64,000 bases of DNA from Candidatus Iainarchaeum sp. (GCA_026413945.1 JAOAJX010000002.1:118782-182781); one strand, 5' to 3'; shown: positions 16,600-26,207, counted from the stretch's first letter. Notes: generated by a model from the sequence alone, not told the origin. Translations and numbers: made by a program.

Positions 16600-19527
16600 T
16601 CATAATGGATTTACTACATGGCCGGCAACCGCATCAACGAAAAATCTTTTCTTAATTTTTGTCTTTGAGTTTTCAGTTATGCATTCATAAACAGGCCAAT
16701 ATATTTCTTTAATTGCAGTTATAACCATGCGTTTCCATATTCTTTGCAAAAGGTCGCGAACTTCGTTTTTTGTATATTTTTCTTGTTCTTTCATAAGTAC
16801 TTCCGAATTAACTAATGGCAAATCTTGAAGTGATTGGTGCAATGGATGCATTGGGCTTGGCGGCAAGTCGAAGTCTTTGCTAAGCCTATAAAGAATCATG
16901 CCTTCTTTGTTGAATATTTCCGCTAAACCAATATCACAAAGGCGCTTAAGTATTTTCTTCACACGATCCTCATCGAGGAAAGACCTTCTGCTTATGTGAT
17001 ATGCAGTTAGGGGCTCTGTGAGGAAATTAAGAACAAAGATTTCTTCTGCTGACAAAGAATAAAGTTCTTTTAGGCCTTTAGAATGGACAAAGCCCTTAAT
17101 AAAGTGTATGAATTCACCATTCAAAGAATTTACAAAAAGTGTTCCTTGCCTAAAGTTCTGTTCCTTTGTAAAATAATTGAACTCAACCTTGTAAAGCGGG
17201 ATGTGCTTAAGATTAATCTCTAGTAGCTTCTCGGTGCTACCAAACAAGAAAAAGCCGGAAAGCTTTTTCTTTATTTTTGTTTCAATTGATTCTCTTGAAA
17301 CATTTGCAGGAAAACTCAAAAGCTCAATAACGCCTTGCTGCGACACAGGCTTTTGTATTGGTTGCTCTTTTTGAGGCATTTGTTCTTGAGTTTTCAAAAC
17401 TTCTTGCTGCACGGAAGGGGCTTTTGTAACATCTTCTTCTCTTTTTAATGGCCTTTGAATCTTGTCTTCAAGTACAACAAGGCCTTCCTTTTCAAGTATT
17501 GTTGCACCTTTCTTTTCAAGCTCTGCTAAAATTGCCTTCTTATCGACGCTTGAGCTGTACTTTGCATTTAGAGAGTTCAGAGTCCTAAATATTTCAGCAA
17601 GCTTTGCTTGACCATCTCTTTTAAGGCGAGACCAATACATTGAGGTTATAAGGGTTAAAACCTGCTCATTGCTCAGTGAAACTTTAGTTTCAGCTGTTTC
17701 TATCTCACGGCCTTCGTGTTGGCTCATCCTGGGCCTTATGCGCATCACAAATCCGCGGCTTGTTTCCTCGCGCCTATCACATACAAGAGCTACACCAACA
17801 GGCAGAGTCCTTATGAAAGAACCAGTTTTATACCTATGTGGAATTATTGCTGGTGTTCTTTTATAAACTGCCTTTATATCATCGTTGAAAACAAGCTTAT
17901 GCACAATTATTATGTCAAGCTGGCTAAGAACTCTTACATCTATTGCTGATGGTTGCTGTGTAGCAAAAACAAGCGAGCATCCTGGGCGCCTTCCTTGCTT
18001 TACATATTCTATCAATGCATCGCTAGCCGCTGTCTTAATATTCCCGCTTGGTATTAGCGTATGCGCTTCATCTAATATAAGCCAAGTAGGGGGTATTTCA
18101 ATCTCAAGCATTTCTTCACTTGATTCAAATCTTTTAGCAGCTTCTTTTCTTGTTGCAATTTTTCTTGCAGCGAGTGTGCGCCTTGCCAAGATTCCTATTA
18201 CAAGTGCGGTAACATTATCATCCAAAAAGCTTGTGTCTATTATTGTCATTTGCCCTTCACGGCTAAGCTCTGACAAAGGCGTGCCCTGTACATCAAAAAT
18301 TCCCCAAGATTTTGATGCTTCAAATCTGCTAACTAACGCACGTATGGAATCAACCTTAAAACCCTTGTCTCTAGAACTCAAGTCAATATCGTTCTCAAGA
18401 CAGAAGATTATGTCATCAATTGAATATTCTTTGGTGCCTTTTATGCGCTCTTTGTTTACAGTCATATAGCCCTTTGCAACTTTATCAAGTGCCTTTTCTA
18501 GCAATAAGCCGGTTGGGCTAAAGCGCTCAAGCCCAAATGTAAGGCACCAGTCTTGTGCTGTAAGCATTGATGGCTTTATTGAAAATGTGGCATCATATGT
18601 GCCAGCAGGTGTTTGCTTTTCCATCCCTTTTGGTATAAAAACGACGATGTTCTCAAGACCTCTTGGTTCAAGCCCCCAGCCTTTCAAAGAAGCGAGCTCT
18701 CTTTCTTCACGATTAGCATATCGCATGCTCCAGAATACACCAACGGGATCTACAACAATAATGCCTACATTCTTATTCTTTAATGCGAGCTCTTCAGCTA
18801 TAACCCCCAAAACATAGCTTTTGCCACTGCCTCTTGCACCACATACAAAAACAACATGCGGTCCCAAGCTGTCCATCAGGATGTTCTTTTCAGGATAATT
18901 TTCTTCTGAAACCCTGCCTATAAAAAGTGCGGCTTCAGAGCCATATTTTTCAAATGTTGACTTGCTTCTGCCAATAAAGGCGTTTCCATCAGCATCCTCT
19001 AAAAAACTAAGTTTTGGAAGTATTTCAAGAGTTGGCTCGGAAACAAATATTTTACCCTCAGGAGCAGTTTCGTCAACAAAATCCTTTAAATCATCTTCGC
19101 TAGTTTCTTGCTGCTTATCGGCTGCTTCACCACCAAGTGCTTCTTTGCCACTTTCTGTTTGTTCAGACGGAAGTGTTGCCTCTGCTTTTGTTTCTTTTTT
19201 ATCACTGAGCTTTCTCTTCTTTGTGCTTTGCTTACTCTTTTTATGTACCTCAATTAATTCTTCTGCAGTTTCTTGAGATGTGCTTTCCTTCTGTGCTCTG
19301 ACTTGCGGAGAAGCTTTTTCTTCATCTTCAGTAGAGCTTCCTTTTGCTTCCTTGTTCTGCGGCTCCTTTGCATATATGCTTTTTTGCATCTTTTCTGATT
19401 CTTTTTTGGCTGCCTCGTTCAGCTTCTTTCTTGCTTCTTTTAGCTCATCATCAAGGCCAAAGACATCTTCAAATAAGTCTTCTTCTTTAGAATCTTTTTC
19501 AACTTCAACCCTTTTTTCGTCAGCCAT
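16600..19527 (-). CDS. Large HerA/FtsK-superfamily (DUF87-like) P-loop ATPase with an acidic N-terminal region and a long C-terminal extension.
   Basis: Walker A (VCGARGSGKS), Walker B (WLILDEAHTL) and a VFATQQPS...IIIVHKL sensor region. The N-terminus is an acidic low-complexity stretch of ~150 aa. The C-terminal ~350 aa has no recognisable ATPase motifs. It is a paralog of the gene at 34570-35883. Confidence 0.65.
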   Translation of the reverse strand: MADEKRVEVEKDSKEEDLFEDVFGLDDELKEARKKLNEAAKKESEKMQKSIYAKEPQNKEAKGSSTEDEEKASPQVRAQKESTSQETAEELIEVHKKSKQSTKKRKLSDKKETKAEATLPSEQTESGKEALGGEAADKQQETSEDDLKDFVDETAPEGKIFVSEPTLEILPKLSFLEDADGNAFIGRSKSTFEKYGSEAALFIGRVSEENYPEKNILMDSLGPHVVFVCGARGSGKSYVLGVIAEELALKNKNVGIIVVDPVGVFWSMRYANREERELASLKGWGLEPRGLENIVVFIPKGMEKQTPAGTYDATFSIKPSMLTAQDWCLTFGLERFSPTGLLLEKALDKVAKGYMTVNKERIKGTKEYSIDDIIFCLENDIDLSSRDKGFKVDSIRALVSRFEASKSWGIFDVQGTPLSELSREGQMTIIDTSFLDDNVTALVIGILARRTLAARKIATRKEAAKRFESSEEMLEIEIPPTWLILDEAHTLIPSGNIKTAASDALIEYVKQGRRPGCSLVFATQQPSAIDVRVLSQLDIIIVHKLVFNDDIKAVYKRTPAIIPHRYKTGSFIRTLPVGVALVCDRREETSRGFVMRIRPRMSQHEGREIETAETKVSLSNEQVLTLITSMYWSRLKRDGQAKLAEIFRTLNSLNAKYSSSVDKKAILAELEKKGATILEKEGLVVLEDKIQRPLKREEDVTKAPSVQQEVLKTQEQMPQKEQPIQKPVSQQGVIELLSFPANVSRESIETKIKKKLSGFFLFGSTEKLLEINLKHIPLYKVEFNYFTKEQNFRQGTLFVNSLNGEFIHFIKGFVHSKGLKELYSLSAEEIFVLNFLTEPLTAYHISRRSFLDEDRVKKILKRLCDIGLAEIFNKEGMILYRLSKDFDLPPSPMHPLHQSLQDLPLVNSEVLMKEQEKYTKNEVRDLLQRIWKRMVITAIKEIYWPVYECITENSKTKIKKRFFVDAVAGHVVNPL

Positions 19528-19655
19528 TTATCTCACGGCAAAAAAATTAACTTATTTACCATATATTAGAGTTTTCCATATATTAAATATTTACTTTTAA
19601 TTTAGCATTTAATTTAGTAGGCACCTTTGGCCTTTAAAAAGCATTAATACGTTGC

Positions 19656-20231
19656 TCAACCACAAGTAATCTCTTCTTTTGCAACCAAGCCATCTTTGTT
19701 CTTGTCAAAAAGCCTAGTGTACCAATGCTTGCTTTTGTCAGCTAGAGCAGAGTAGCAATTGCCTGGCTTAATAAAGTTTGACAGCTCAGAATTTTTGGCT
19801 TCTGCGCTCAAGCCTTGGCTTTGCCAAAAATTACATAGGGCTTCAGTGCATCTTGCCATTGTAAGTGGGCTACCACCGATATTGCACTCTATCAGCTGTG
19901 AGCAGTAAATTGTATCCTCACATATGCCAGTACCTATAAGAAAACCCTCGTCATAGCCGCTTATCACGCAATCTTTGGTTAGATCAAGGCCTTTATTGTC
20001 GCCACCAATGGTTTCCTTACAAAAGTCAGCGATGGTTTTCATGCTTGGCGAGGCCCTAGCTGTATTGCACAATGTCATGCATTTTGTTTCTGCTACTCTC
20101 TTAGCTTCGAGCAGCTTCTCTTCGCAGTTTTTGAGAGGCGGATTAACGTATTGGGTTACAAGTTGTATGACGAGAAGCGCTACTACAAGGGCAACAAACA
20201 GGATTATGAAGGTATTTATTGCAATTTCCAT
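19656..20231 (-). CDS. Cysteine-rich secreted or membrane-anchored protein with an N-terminal hydrophobic anchor; a class III (prepilin-like) signal is possible.
   Basis: The N-terminal helix reads EIAINTFIILFVALVVALLVIQLV and is followed by a ~170-aa domain with 12 Cys. An alternative GTG start at 20246 would give MDQKG|MEIA..., a KG-hydrophobic prepilin-like motif. The gene lies directly upstream of, and co-oriented with, the large ATPase. Confidence 0.45.
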   Translation of the reverse strand: MEIAINTFIILFVALVVALLVIQLVTQYVNPPLKNCEEKLLEAKRVAETKCMTLCNTARASPSMKTIADFCKETIGGDNKGLDLTKDCVISGYDEGFLIGTGICEDTIYCSQLIECNIGGSPLTMARCTEALCNFWQSQGLSAEAKNSELSNFIKPGNCYSALADKSKHWYTRLFDKNKDGLVAKEEITCG

Positions 20232-20364
20232 GCCTTTTTGGTCCACAAAACCACCATAGGTATAAATGCTGAACTCTTTTATAAGATTTTCCTTTAAGCG
20301 CCTAATTTTAAAAACGAGGCATCACATTTAAAACATTTAAACAAGGAATATTTTTGCAGTATGG

Positions 20365-20436
20365 GGGCTGGTAGCTCAATGGCAGAGCGCTTCCCTCGCA
20401 CGGAAGAGGCTCCGGGTTCAAGTCCCGGCCAGTCCA
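20365..20436 (+). tRNA. tRNA-Ala (anticodon CGC).
   Basis: Cloverleaf: acceptor GGGCTGG/CCAGTCC with the G3:U70 alanine identity pair, anticodon loop CTCGCAC, and T-arm CCGGGTTCAAGTCCCGG. CCA is not encoded. Confidence 0.85.
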
Positions 20437-20437
20437 T

Positions 20438-20872
20438 ATGCATGAATATTCGCTTGCACAAGCTGTTTTGAACAGTGTTGAGGAATTCATTAGTAGAAAC
20501 AAAGCAAAGGGCAAAGTTATTGTTAAAATTTCATTTGGTGAGCTTCAGCACCTGGGTGCTGAACAGTTTAAAGACATTCTTCAGAAAGCAGCAAGGGAGA
20601 GAAGAATTAAAGCTGAGTTCTTTGTTGAAAACGAGCTTGCATCATTTAGATGTTTTTCTTGCCATAACGAATGGGAAAATGAGAAAAAGCAGTATATTGT
20701 AAAAAGTCACTCTCATGAAGAAGACAGTTTATGCCATGAACATGAGCACCACGAATTAGTTGAAGATGTAAGATGCCCAAGGTGTGGAAGCGATGATATT
20801 GAAATAATAAAAGGAATAGATGTTAAAATAAAGGAGATAATCATTGATACAAAAAAAGCAAGGAGTGAATAA
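20438..20872 (+). CDS. hypA: Hydrogenase nickel-insertion maturation factor HypA, with a His-rich insert.
   Basis: MHEYSLAQAVL N-terminus, zinc-finger CFSCHNEW...CPRCGSDD, and a His-rich stretch HSHEEDSLCHEHEHHE. Confidence 0.75.
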   Translation: MHEYSLAQAVLNSVEEFISRNKAKGKVIVKISFGELQHLGAEQFKDILQKAARERRIKAEFFVENELASFRCFSCHNEWENEKKQYIVKSHSHEEDSLCHEHEHHELVEDVRCPRCGSDDIEIIKGIDVKIKEIIIDTKKARSE

Positions 20873-22592
20873 TTTGATAGAAAATCTAAAGCATAGGTTA
20901 AAAGATAGGGAAAAAACGATTGCATTTGCAATCTTGGCTGTATTTTTCCTAATCAGCACAACGTCAATACTCAATAAGTACCTCACAATGGATGAATCAG
21001 TGTATATAGTTGCTGGATATTCTTATCTAAAGACTTCAGACTTCAGAATCAATTGGGAACATCCGGTTTTCATGAAAGCGCTATATGGCTTACCATTGCT
21101 TTTTTTGAATCCGAAGCTTCCTACGGAATACAACCAAAATTGGGAAAGATGCGCAAATAATGATGTACCAGCAAGCTATGGCTTCGCTTCTGATTTCTAT
21201 ATTCAAAACAAAGATATGCTGCGCAGCATAATATTTTGGCCTCGCATAGTGGCAATAATCGTAGCAACTATGCTTGGAGCAACTGTCTTCCTCTGGGCCA
21301 GAGATGCATTTGGGCCCAGAGCAGGAATTTTTGCTTTGATCTTGTATTGTTTTGAGCCAAACATAATTGCCCATGGAAGCATTGCAACTCTTGATATTCC
21401 CATGACATTCTTTTTGTTTTCAAGTTTTTACACGATGTGGAAATTCATAAAAAGTGGCAAAAAGAGATTTATTATGCTTTCAGGGCTCTGTATAGCGCTT
21501 GCAATAATGACAAAGTATACAGCACTTATGTTTGTACCCTTGCTATTTTTTTTCTCACTTTTTTATTTTGGAGAAGTTAGAGGCAAAGCGAAACAAAAAA
21601 GGCCTGAGATTAAAAAAAGACAAACTATTTTTTTTGTATTGCTGACATACGGGACAATACTCTTATGCCTTATATTGCCAACTTTGGTCATAACAAATAT
21701 TATTTATTCTTTTGACACCTACAAGGAAAAATACTTTTATGTTTTGCCAGCCAGGGTTTTTGAAGGCTATAAATTTATGAGCGACTGGGTTCAAGGTGGC
21801 CGCGAAGGTTGGTTCTTCGGACAATTTAGGCAATACATCCCAGAATATTACCTTGGCTCCTTCTTGATAAAAACTACCTTACCATTTTTGCTATTCTCAA
21901 CTTTTTCAGTTATTTTGTTTTCATTTTCAATTTTAAAATATTTGCTCAAGAAGACTGCTATTAGTAAAGAAGAAGTGAGGCTTAAAAAGGCTGAGATCAT
22001 TAATCTAGCAGCGGTTGCCTTTCCAGGATTAATTTTTTTTATGGCGCTTTCAATATTTGGAAGATTTTATATTGGCTTCAGGTATGCGCTGCCTGCTTTT
22101 CCTTTCCTAATTGTGTTTGTCTCGGGAAACATTTCACCACATATAAAAAACCCGCTGAAAGAAAAGAGAAAAATAATCTCTATTGCAATAATGACTGTGC
22201 TTTGCTGGCACATAGTTTCTGCTGTGTTTATATACCCACATTACCTTGCGTATTTCAACGAACTTATTGGCGGACCTGCTAATGGCCCAAAATACCTAAC
22301 TGACTCTAGCATTGATTGGGGACAGGATTTTTTCTATTTTATGGATTTTGCAAAAAAGCGCAATTGGGATAATCCACACCTAATATATTTTGGCTGGCCA
22401 TATCCTACATTCTTAATGAAGTTTTATTGGGAAGATATATGTGAGTGGCGCGAAGATAAATTTGCAATAAGTGTGAGCGCAATAACTGGTGTCGTTCCAG
22501 ACTGGAACTGCCATAGATGGCTCCTTAATTATGAACCAAAAGAAAGGATTGGATGGACTATATACTATTATGAATTTGATAGGCAGAAATAA
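20844..22592 (+). CDS. GT-C fold membrane glycosyltransferase (PMT/ArnT/GT39-like dolichyl-phosphate sugar transferase).
   Basis: About 12 TMs. A DE motif sits in the first extracytoplasmic loop (TMDESVY), and the overall PMT_2-like topology is present. TTG start with an upstream AAGGAG. Confidence 0.6.
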   Translation: MIQKKQGVNNLIENLKHRLKDREKTIAFAILAVFFLISTTSILNKYLTMDESVYIVAGYSYLKTSDFRINWEHPVFMKALYGLPLLFLNPKLPTEYNQNWERCANNDVPASYGFASDFYIQNKDMLRSIIFWPRIVAIIVATMLGATVFLWARDAFGPRAGIFALILYCFEPNIIAHGSIATLDIPMTFFLFSSFYTMWKFIKSGKKRFIMLSGLCIALAIMTKYTALMFVPLLFFFSLFYFGEVRGKAKQKRPEIKKRQTIFFVLLTYGTILLCLILPTLVITNIIYSFDTYKEKYFYVLPARVFEGYKFMSDWVQGGREGWFFGQFRQYIPEYYLGSFLIKTTLPFLLFSTFSVILFSFSILKYLLKKTAISKEEVRLKKAEIINLAAVAFPGLIFFMALSIFGRFYIGFRYALPAFPFLIVFVSGNISPHIKNPLKEKRKIISIAIMTVLCWHIVSAVFIYPHYLAYFNELIGGPANGPKYLTDSSIDWGQDFFYFMDFAKKRNWDNPHLIYFGWPYPTFLMKFYWEDICEWREDKFAISVSAITGVVPDWNCHRWLLNYEPKERIGWTIYYYEFDRQK

Positions 22593-22640
22593 TGCAAAAT
22601 TAAGCAAATCTTTATAAGCTCAAATTATTTATAATCCTCT

Positions 22641-23636
22641 ATGGCTGGCTCTTCTAATCACAGAACTTCGAGAATCAAAAATCCAGTGAAACCAGTCGCT
22701 GTTTTTGGCGCCGCACCTTGGATCACGAAGGCACAATTAAAAAGAGATGTTGCTGATAGGCGCAAATACGACATAAGAAGGCAGCCAAACAATTTCTTCC
22801 TTAGGCGTTTTTCAAAAGAGCGGCTACAAATAATTAAAGATCTAATAAAAAATGGTTTTGAACCGGTTTTGATGGTTAGCAACATTGACCTTGTTGACAA
22901 AAGGGTTTGGAGGTTCTGTAAGATTGCAAAGGTTGTAGGCGCAAGAGTTTTGATCTCTAAGAAAGAGACACCATATACCGGCTCGTGGTTGAGAGATGCA
23001 TTTTCTGTAATAAAAGGTTACAGGTTTGTTTTTCCCTTTGATGAGCGCCTTTTGGGAAGAAGAATAGGAAATAAATTTTATTCTTATTTAGGAGATGGTG
23101 GCAGTGTCGTAAATATAGAAGATAAATTTATCCTTGTTTCAAAAAAAACAGCTTTATCCGCAATAAATGAAATCAATTTCCTCAAGAGAAGAGGCATGAT
23201 TGTCTTTGAAATGCCACCTGGCCTCGTCACTGATTTTTTTAGGAGCCAAAAGGCCAAAAAGTTTAAGAGGCATCATCACATAGATTTGTTTGTAAACCGC
23301 ATACCAGGTATGAAAATATTGGTTGTTGATCCTATTTACTATGCTGCTAACAAGAGGCTTGTTGATGAGATAGCAAAAGTCACAGGTTATAAGATTTTAC
23401 AAATACCAGAAAAAGATAGGGATTATTATCCAGCAAATTTCCTTGATCTTGGCAAGGGCAAAATAATGATGAACCGGGCTGCAAGAGAAACAGCAAAGTT
23501 ACTTGAAAGAGAAGGTGTTGAAGTAGTATTAACAAGTGTTCCGCTAAAAGGCAGCTCTGCTATTTACGGTGGCCTCAGATGCGCAGTTAATCTGCCAAAG
23601 AAGAGCACTCAAAGAATAATGGAAAGCAAGCAATAA
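22641..23636 (+). CDS. Hypothetical protein, possibly of the amidinotransferase superfamily.
   Basis: A C-terminal GGLRCAV resembles the catalytic Cys loop of DDAH or agmatine deiminase enzymes. The assignment is weak. Confidence 0.3.
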   Translation: MAGSSNHRTSRIKNPVKPVAVFGAAPWITKAQLKRDVADRRKYDIRRQPNNFFLRRFSKERLQIIKDLIKNGFEPVLMVSNIDLVDKRVWRFCKIAKVVGARVLISKKETPYTGSWLRDAFSVIKGYRFVFPFDERLLGRRIGNKFYSYLGDGGSVVNIEDKFILVSKKTALSAINEINFLKRRGMIVFEMPPGLVTDFFRSQKAKKFKRHHHIDLFVNRIPGMKILVVDPIYYAANKRLVDEIAKVTGYKILQIPEKDRDYYPANFLDLGKGKIMMNRAARETAKLLEREGVEVVLTSVPLKGSSAIYGGLRCAVNLPKKSTQRIMESKQ

Positions 23637-23853
23637 GAAAAGTTTAGCTTAAGATTTAATTACTTTATAATCTCATTATTTCTTAACTAATTTTCTGTGC
23701 AAACGCCTAAAAATAGTTGTTTTTCTGGCAGCAGCTTCAGTGTTATTGGTAAAAACTTTGCCTGGGTCAAAATCTTTTTTTGGGGGTTTTGGTTTTCTTT
23801 TACTTCTCCAGAATGGCATAAAAAACACTTTCAATAAAGATAATTAAATTTAT

Positions 23854-24459
23854 ATGCTTTATTTTTTTATGCCTGTCTACAAGCTTTTGCAAACACCTGA
23901 TTGGCCAGCACTGATGATTGATGGAATATTGATGCATCGCATAAAAGGCACAAGCCCGAAAAAAGATGCTGAAGATAAAATTGCTTTGCTTAAAATCCGT
24001 GGTGGAAATGTTTTGGATATATGCACAGGCCTTGGCTACACGGCTATAATAGCATCACATTATGCTGACTACGTTGTGACAATTGAGAAAGACAAAGAAG
24101 TTATTAGAATTGCGAGGAAAAACCCAGCATCTGAGGAATTATTTAATTCAAAGAAGATATCGCTTATCGAAGGTGATGCCACTAAAGTCATTAAAAAATT
24201 CCAAAATGAATTCTTTGATTACATAATACATGATCCACCAACATTTGCTCGTGCTGGAGAGCTTTATAGCGGATCTTTCTATAAAGAGCTTTTTAGGGTT
24301 CTCAGATATAAAGGAGTGCTTTTTCATTATACTGGTTTGCCATGTGAGAGATACAGGAAAAAGAGCTTAAGAAAAGGCATTATTGAGCGTCTTCGTGCAG
24401 CTGGCTTCAGGATAAAAAATTTTAGAGAAAATCTTGGCCTTCTTTGTGAAAAGCTCTAA
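23854..24459 (+). CDS. Class I SAM-dependent methyltransferase with a DPP[FYT] motif; likely an RNA/protein N-methyltransferase of the RsmD/Trm11/HemK type.
   Basis: SAM-binding motif I (VLDICTGLGYTAI) and motif IV (IIHDPPT). Confidence 0.55.
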   Translation: MLYFFMPVYKLLQTPDWPALMIDGILMHRIKGTSPKKDAEDKIALLKIRGGNVLDICTGLGYTAIIASHYADYVVTIEKDKEVIRIARKNPASEELFNSKKISLIEGDATKVIKKFQNEFFDYIIHDPPTFARAGELYSGSFYKELFRVLRYKGVLFHYTGLPCERYRKKSLRKGIIERLRAAGFRIKNFRENLGLLCEKL

Positions 24460-24513
24460 CTTAGGCAAAATGGCACATTTTAAAAACTAATGTAGGCAGA
24501 ATTTATTATCTCG

Positions 24514-25020
24514 TTGTCGAAAAATACTGCTTATGAAGGTGATATTTTGGCAAAAAAAGTTGTGAAAAAAGCTACAAAAAAAGATGCTGAAAAAATCGTT
24601 GAAAAAAAGATTGAGCAACAGCCGAAAGAAAAGGCTTCACAAACTAAAGAAGCAGTACAAGAAGTTGCAGAAAAATTGCCTTTTCCAAACTCAGTAGTTG
24701 TGAGAATAATGCGCCAAAACCTTGACCCCGGAAAGCAGATAAAGAAAAGGGTTAAGGTTGAGATGAACAAATGGCTTGCAGATATGGCTGCAAAAATTTC
24801 ACAGGAAATGAACAAGCAGCCATATAGGACAATTGACTATGCAATGTTCAAGGATGCTGTAGCTAAATATACAAAGCTTGAGGAAATTGCTGATGAGCGT
24901 GAACGTCTTCTTGGCTATGTAAACAAAATAAAGTCAGACTGCGAATACATGGAGAAAGAAATAAGGAGAAAGTTTGCGCTTAGCGAAGAAGAAATGGAAT
25001 CTTTAATAAAACAGGAATAA
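24514..25020 (+). CDS. Candidate histone-fold DNA-binding protein with a Lys/Glu/Ala-rich N-terminal tail and a C-terminal extension.
   Basis: The core region VVVRIMRQNL-(loop)-VEMNKWLADMAAKISQEMNKQ-PYRTID-YAMFKDAVAKY aligns by eye to archaeal histone helix1-loop-helix2-loop-helix3 (compare the RKTI...AEDIELAV segment of HMf). It is preceded by ~55 in-frame Lys-rich codons. The start is non-ATG and uncertain. Confidence 0.45.
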   Translation: MSKNTAYEGDILAKKVVKKATKKDAEKIVEKKIEQQPKEKASQTKEAVQEVAEKLPFPNSVVVRIMRQNLDPGKQIKKRVKVEMNKWLADMAAKISQEMNKQPYRTIDYAMFKDAVAKYTKLEEIADERERLLGYVNKIKSDCEYMEKEIRRKFALSEEEMESLIKQE

Positions 25021-25027
25021 GCAACTT

Positions 25028-25615
25028 TTAAGCCCCATCATTGAAAAGTATTTTTCTAATTGTCAATGTTATTGGTGACTTTCCGCCTATGAAAAGCCAG
25101 GCAAAAAGCTTTGAAAAATTGTGAGGCTTTCTTTTTTGAGAGGCCTTTTCAAAGTCAATTATAAAAGGCATTCCATCCATTACCAGTATGTTTTTGCCTT
25201 TGCCTCCTAACTGCCCATGATCCAAACCGGCTTTGTCAAGCAATGCTGCCTGATAGAAGAGCTCCTCAATAAATGAAAGCAGTTCAGATTTTCTTGGTTC
25301 GCTTGCAAGCCAATCTGCAAAAGTAACCCCATCAACGTATTCCATAAGAATAGCGCGAAGTCTTTTATCGTAGCAAAATAATTTTGGGCCAATGCCGAGA
25401 GTATTTGCCTTTTTGAGGTTTGAGACTTCTTTGAGCAGCATATCTTTTCTGCCTGAGTCATCACGCTCAAGCTTAAGTGCAAATTTTTTGCCTTTTTTTC
25501 TTACAAGAAAAACAAATGAGGAATGGCCTCTTGCAAGCATTTTTTCGAGCTTAAGGCAGTTTCGCTCTAAAAATTCTTCAAGGCGCCTTTTCTCATTTTT
25601 GTTTGGCTGAATCAT
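25028..25615 (-). CDS. Small atypical Ser/Thr kinase, Bud32/RIO-like (KEOPS-associated kinase).
   Basis: About 195 aa. Gly-rich loop (ARGHSSFVF), a Lys in KFALKL, and a catalytic/DFG-like region (DHGQL...IIDFEKA). Confidence 0.5.
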   Translation of the reverse strand: MIQPNKNEKRRLEEFLERNCLKLEKMLARGHSSFVFLVRKKGKKFALKLERDDSGRKDMLLKEVSNLKKANTLGIGPKLFCYDKRLRAILMEYVDGVTFADWLASEPRKSELLSFIEELFYQAALLDKAGLDHGQLGGKGKNILVMDGMPFIIDFEKASQKRKPHNFSKLFAWLFIGGKSPITLTIRKILFNDGA

Positions 25616-26207
25616 CTAAGGCACCAAGCTTCACAAGCATTTTATAGACTTCTGCAAGTGGCAGACCTGAGTAGAAAAGCGTATCGCCAACAACGCGCTC
25701 ACCGAACATTATCACTGCATTTCCATCAAAAGCACCGGAAAAGCTTAGAACAGGGTAATTTTTTAAGTAATTCCTGATCTGCCAATCGCTTAGCTTCATA
25801 AATTTTACCTTGCAGGATCTGAGCACACGGATTTTATTTCCAAAATCTGAATCAATGGCTGTTACGCCAGCCAAAATCTCAACCTCTTTGCCTGAAAATT
25901 TTTTTAGCATAGCTTCAGCTTCGATCATATCTTTTGGCTTTTCATATATTTTGCCTTTAAGTGTTACAATCAAATCGGCACCAATCACAATTGCGCCTTT
26001 GACTTTTTCCGCAACAGCTTTTGCCTTCATCTCAGAAAGCTTAAGAACACGTCTCCTTGGGTTGTTTTCATTAATAGCATTTTCATCCACATTTGAGATG
26101 ATTGCTTCAAACTCAATCCCTAATAAAGCAAAAGAAGCTCTCCTTGAAGATGATGCTGTCGCAAGAATAACCTTTTTTTTGGGCTTTACAGCATATTTAG
26201 AAAGCAT
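25593..26207 (-). CDS. maf: Maf-like nucleoside triphosphate pyrophosphatase.
   Basis: VILATASSSRRASFALLGIEFE N-terminal motif, about 200 aa. Confidence 0.75.
   Translation of the reverse strand: MLSKYAVKPKKKVILATASSSRRASFALLGIEFEAIISNVDENAINENNPRRRVLKLSEMKAKAVAEKVKGAIVIGADLIVTLKGKIYEKPKDMIEAEAMLKKFSGKEVEILAGVTAIDSDFGNKIRVLRSCKVKFMKLSDWQIRNYLKNYPVLSFSGAFDGNAVIMFGERVVGDTLFYSGLPLAEVYKMLVKLGALDDSAKQK

Noticed and set aside
20308-20514. A 68-aa minus-strand ORF.
   Set aside because: It overlaps the tRNA-Ala gene and the hypA start on the opposite strand. It is spurious.
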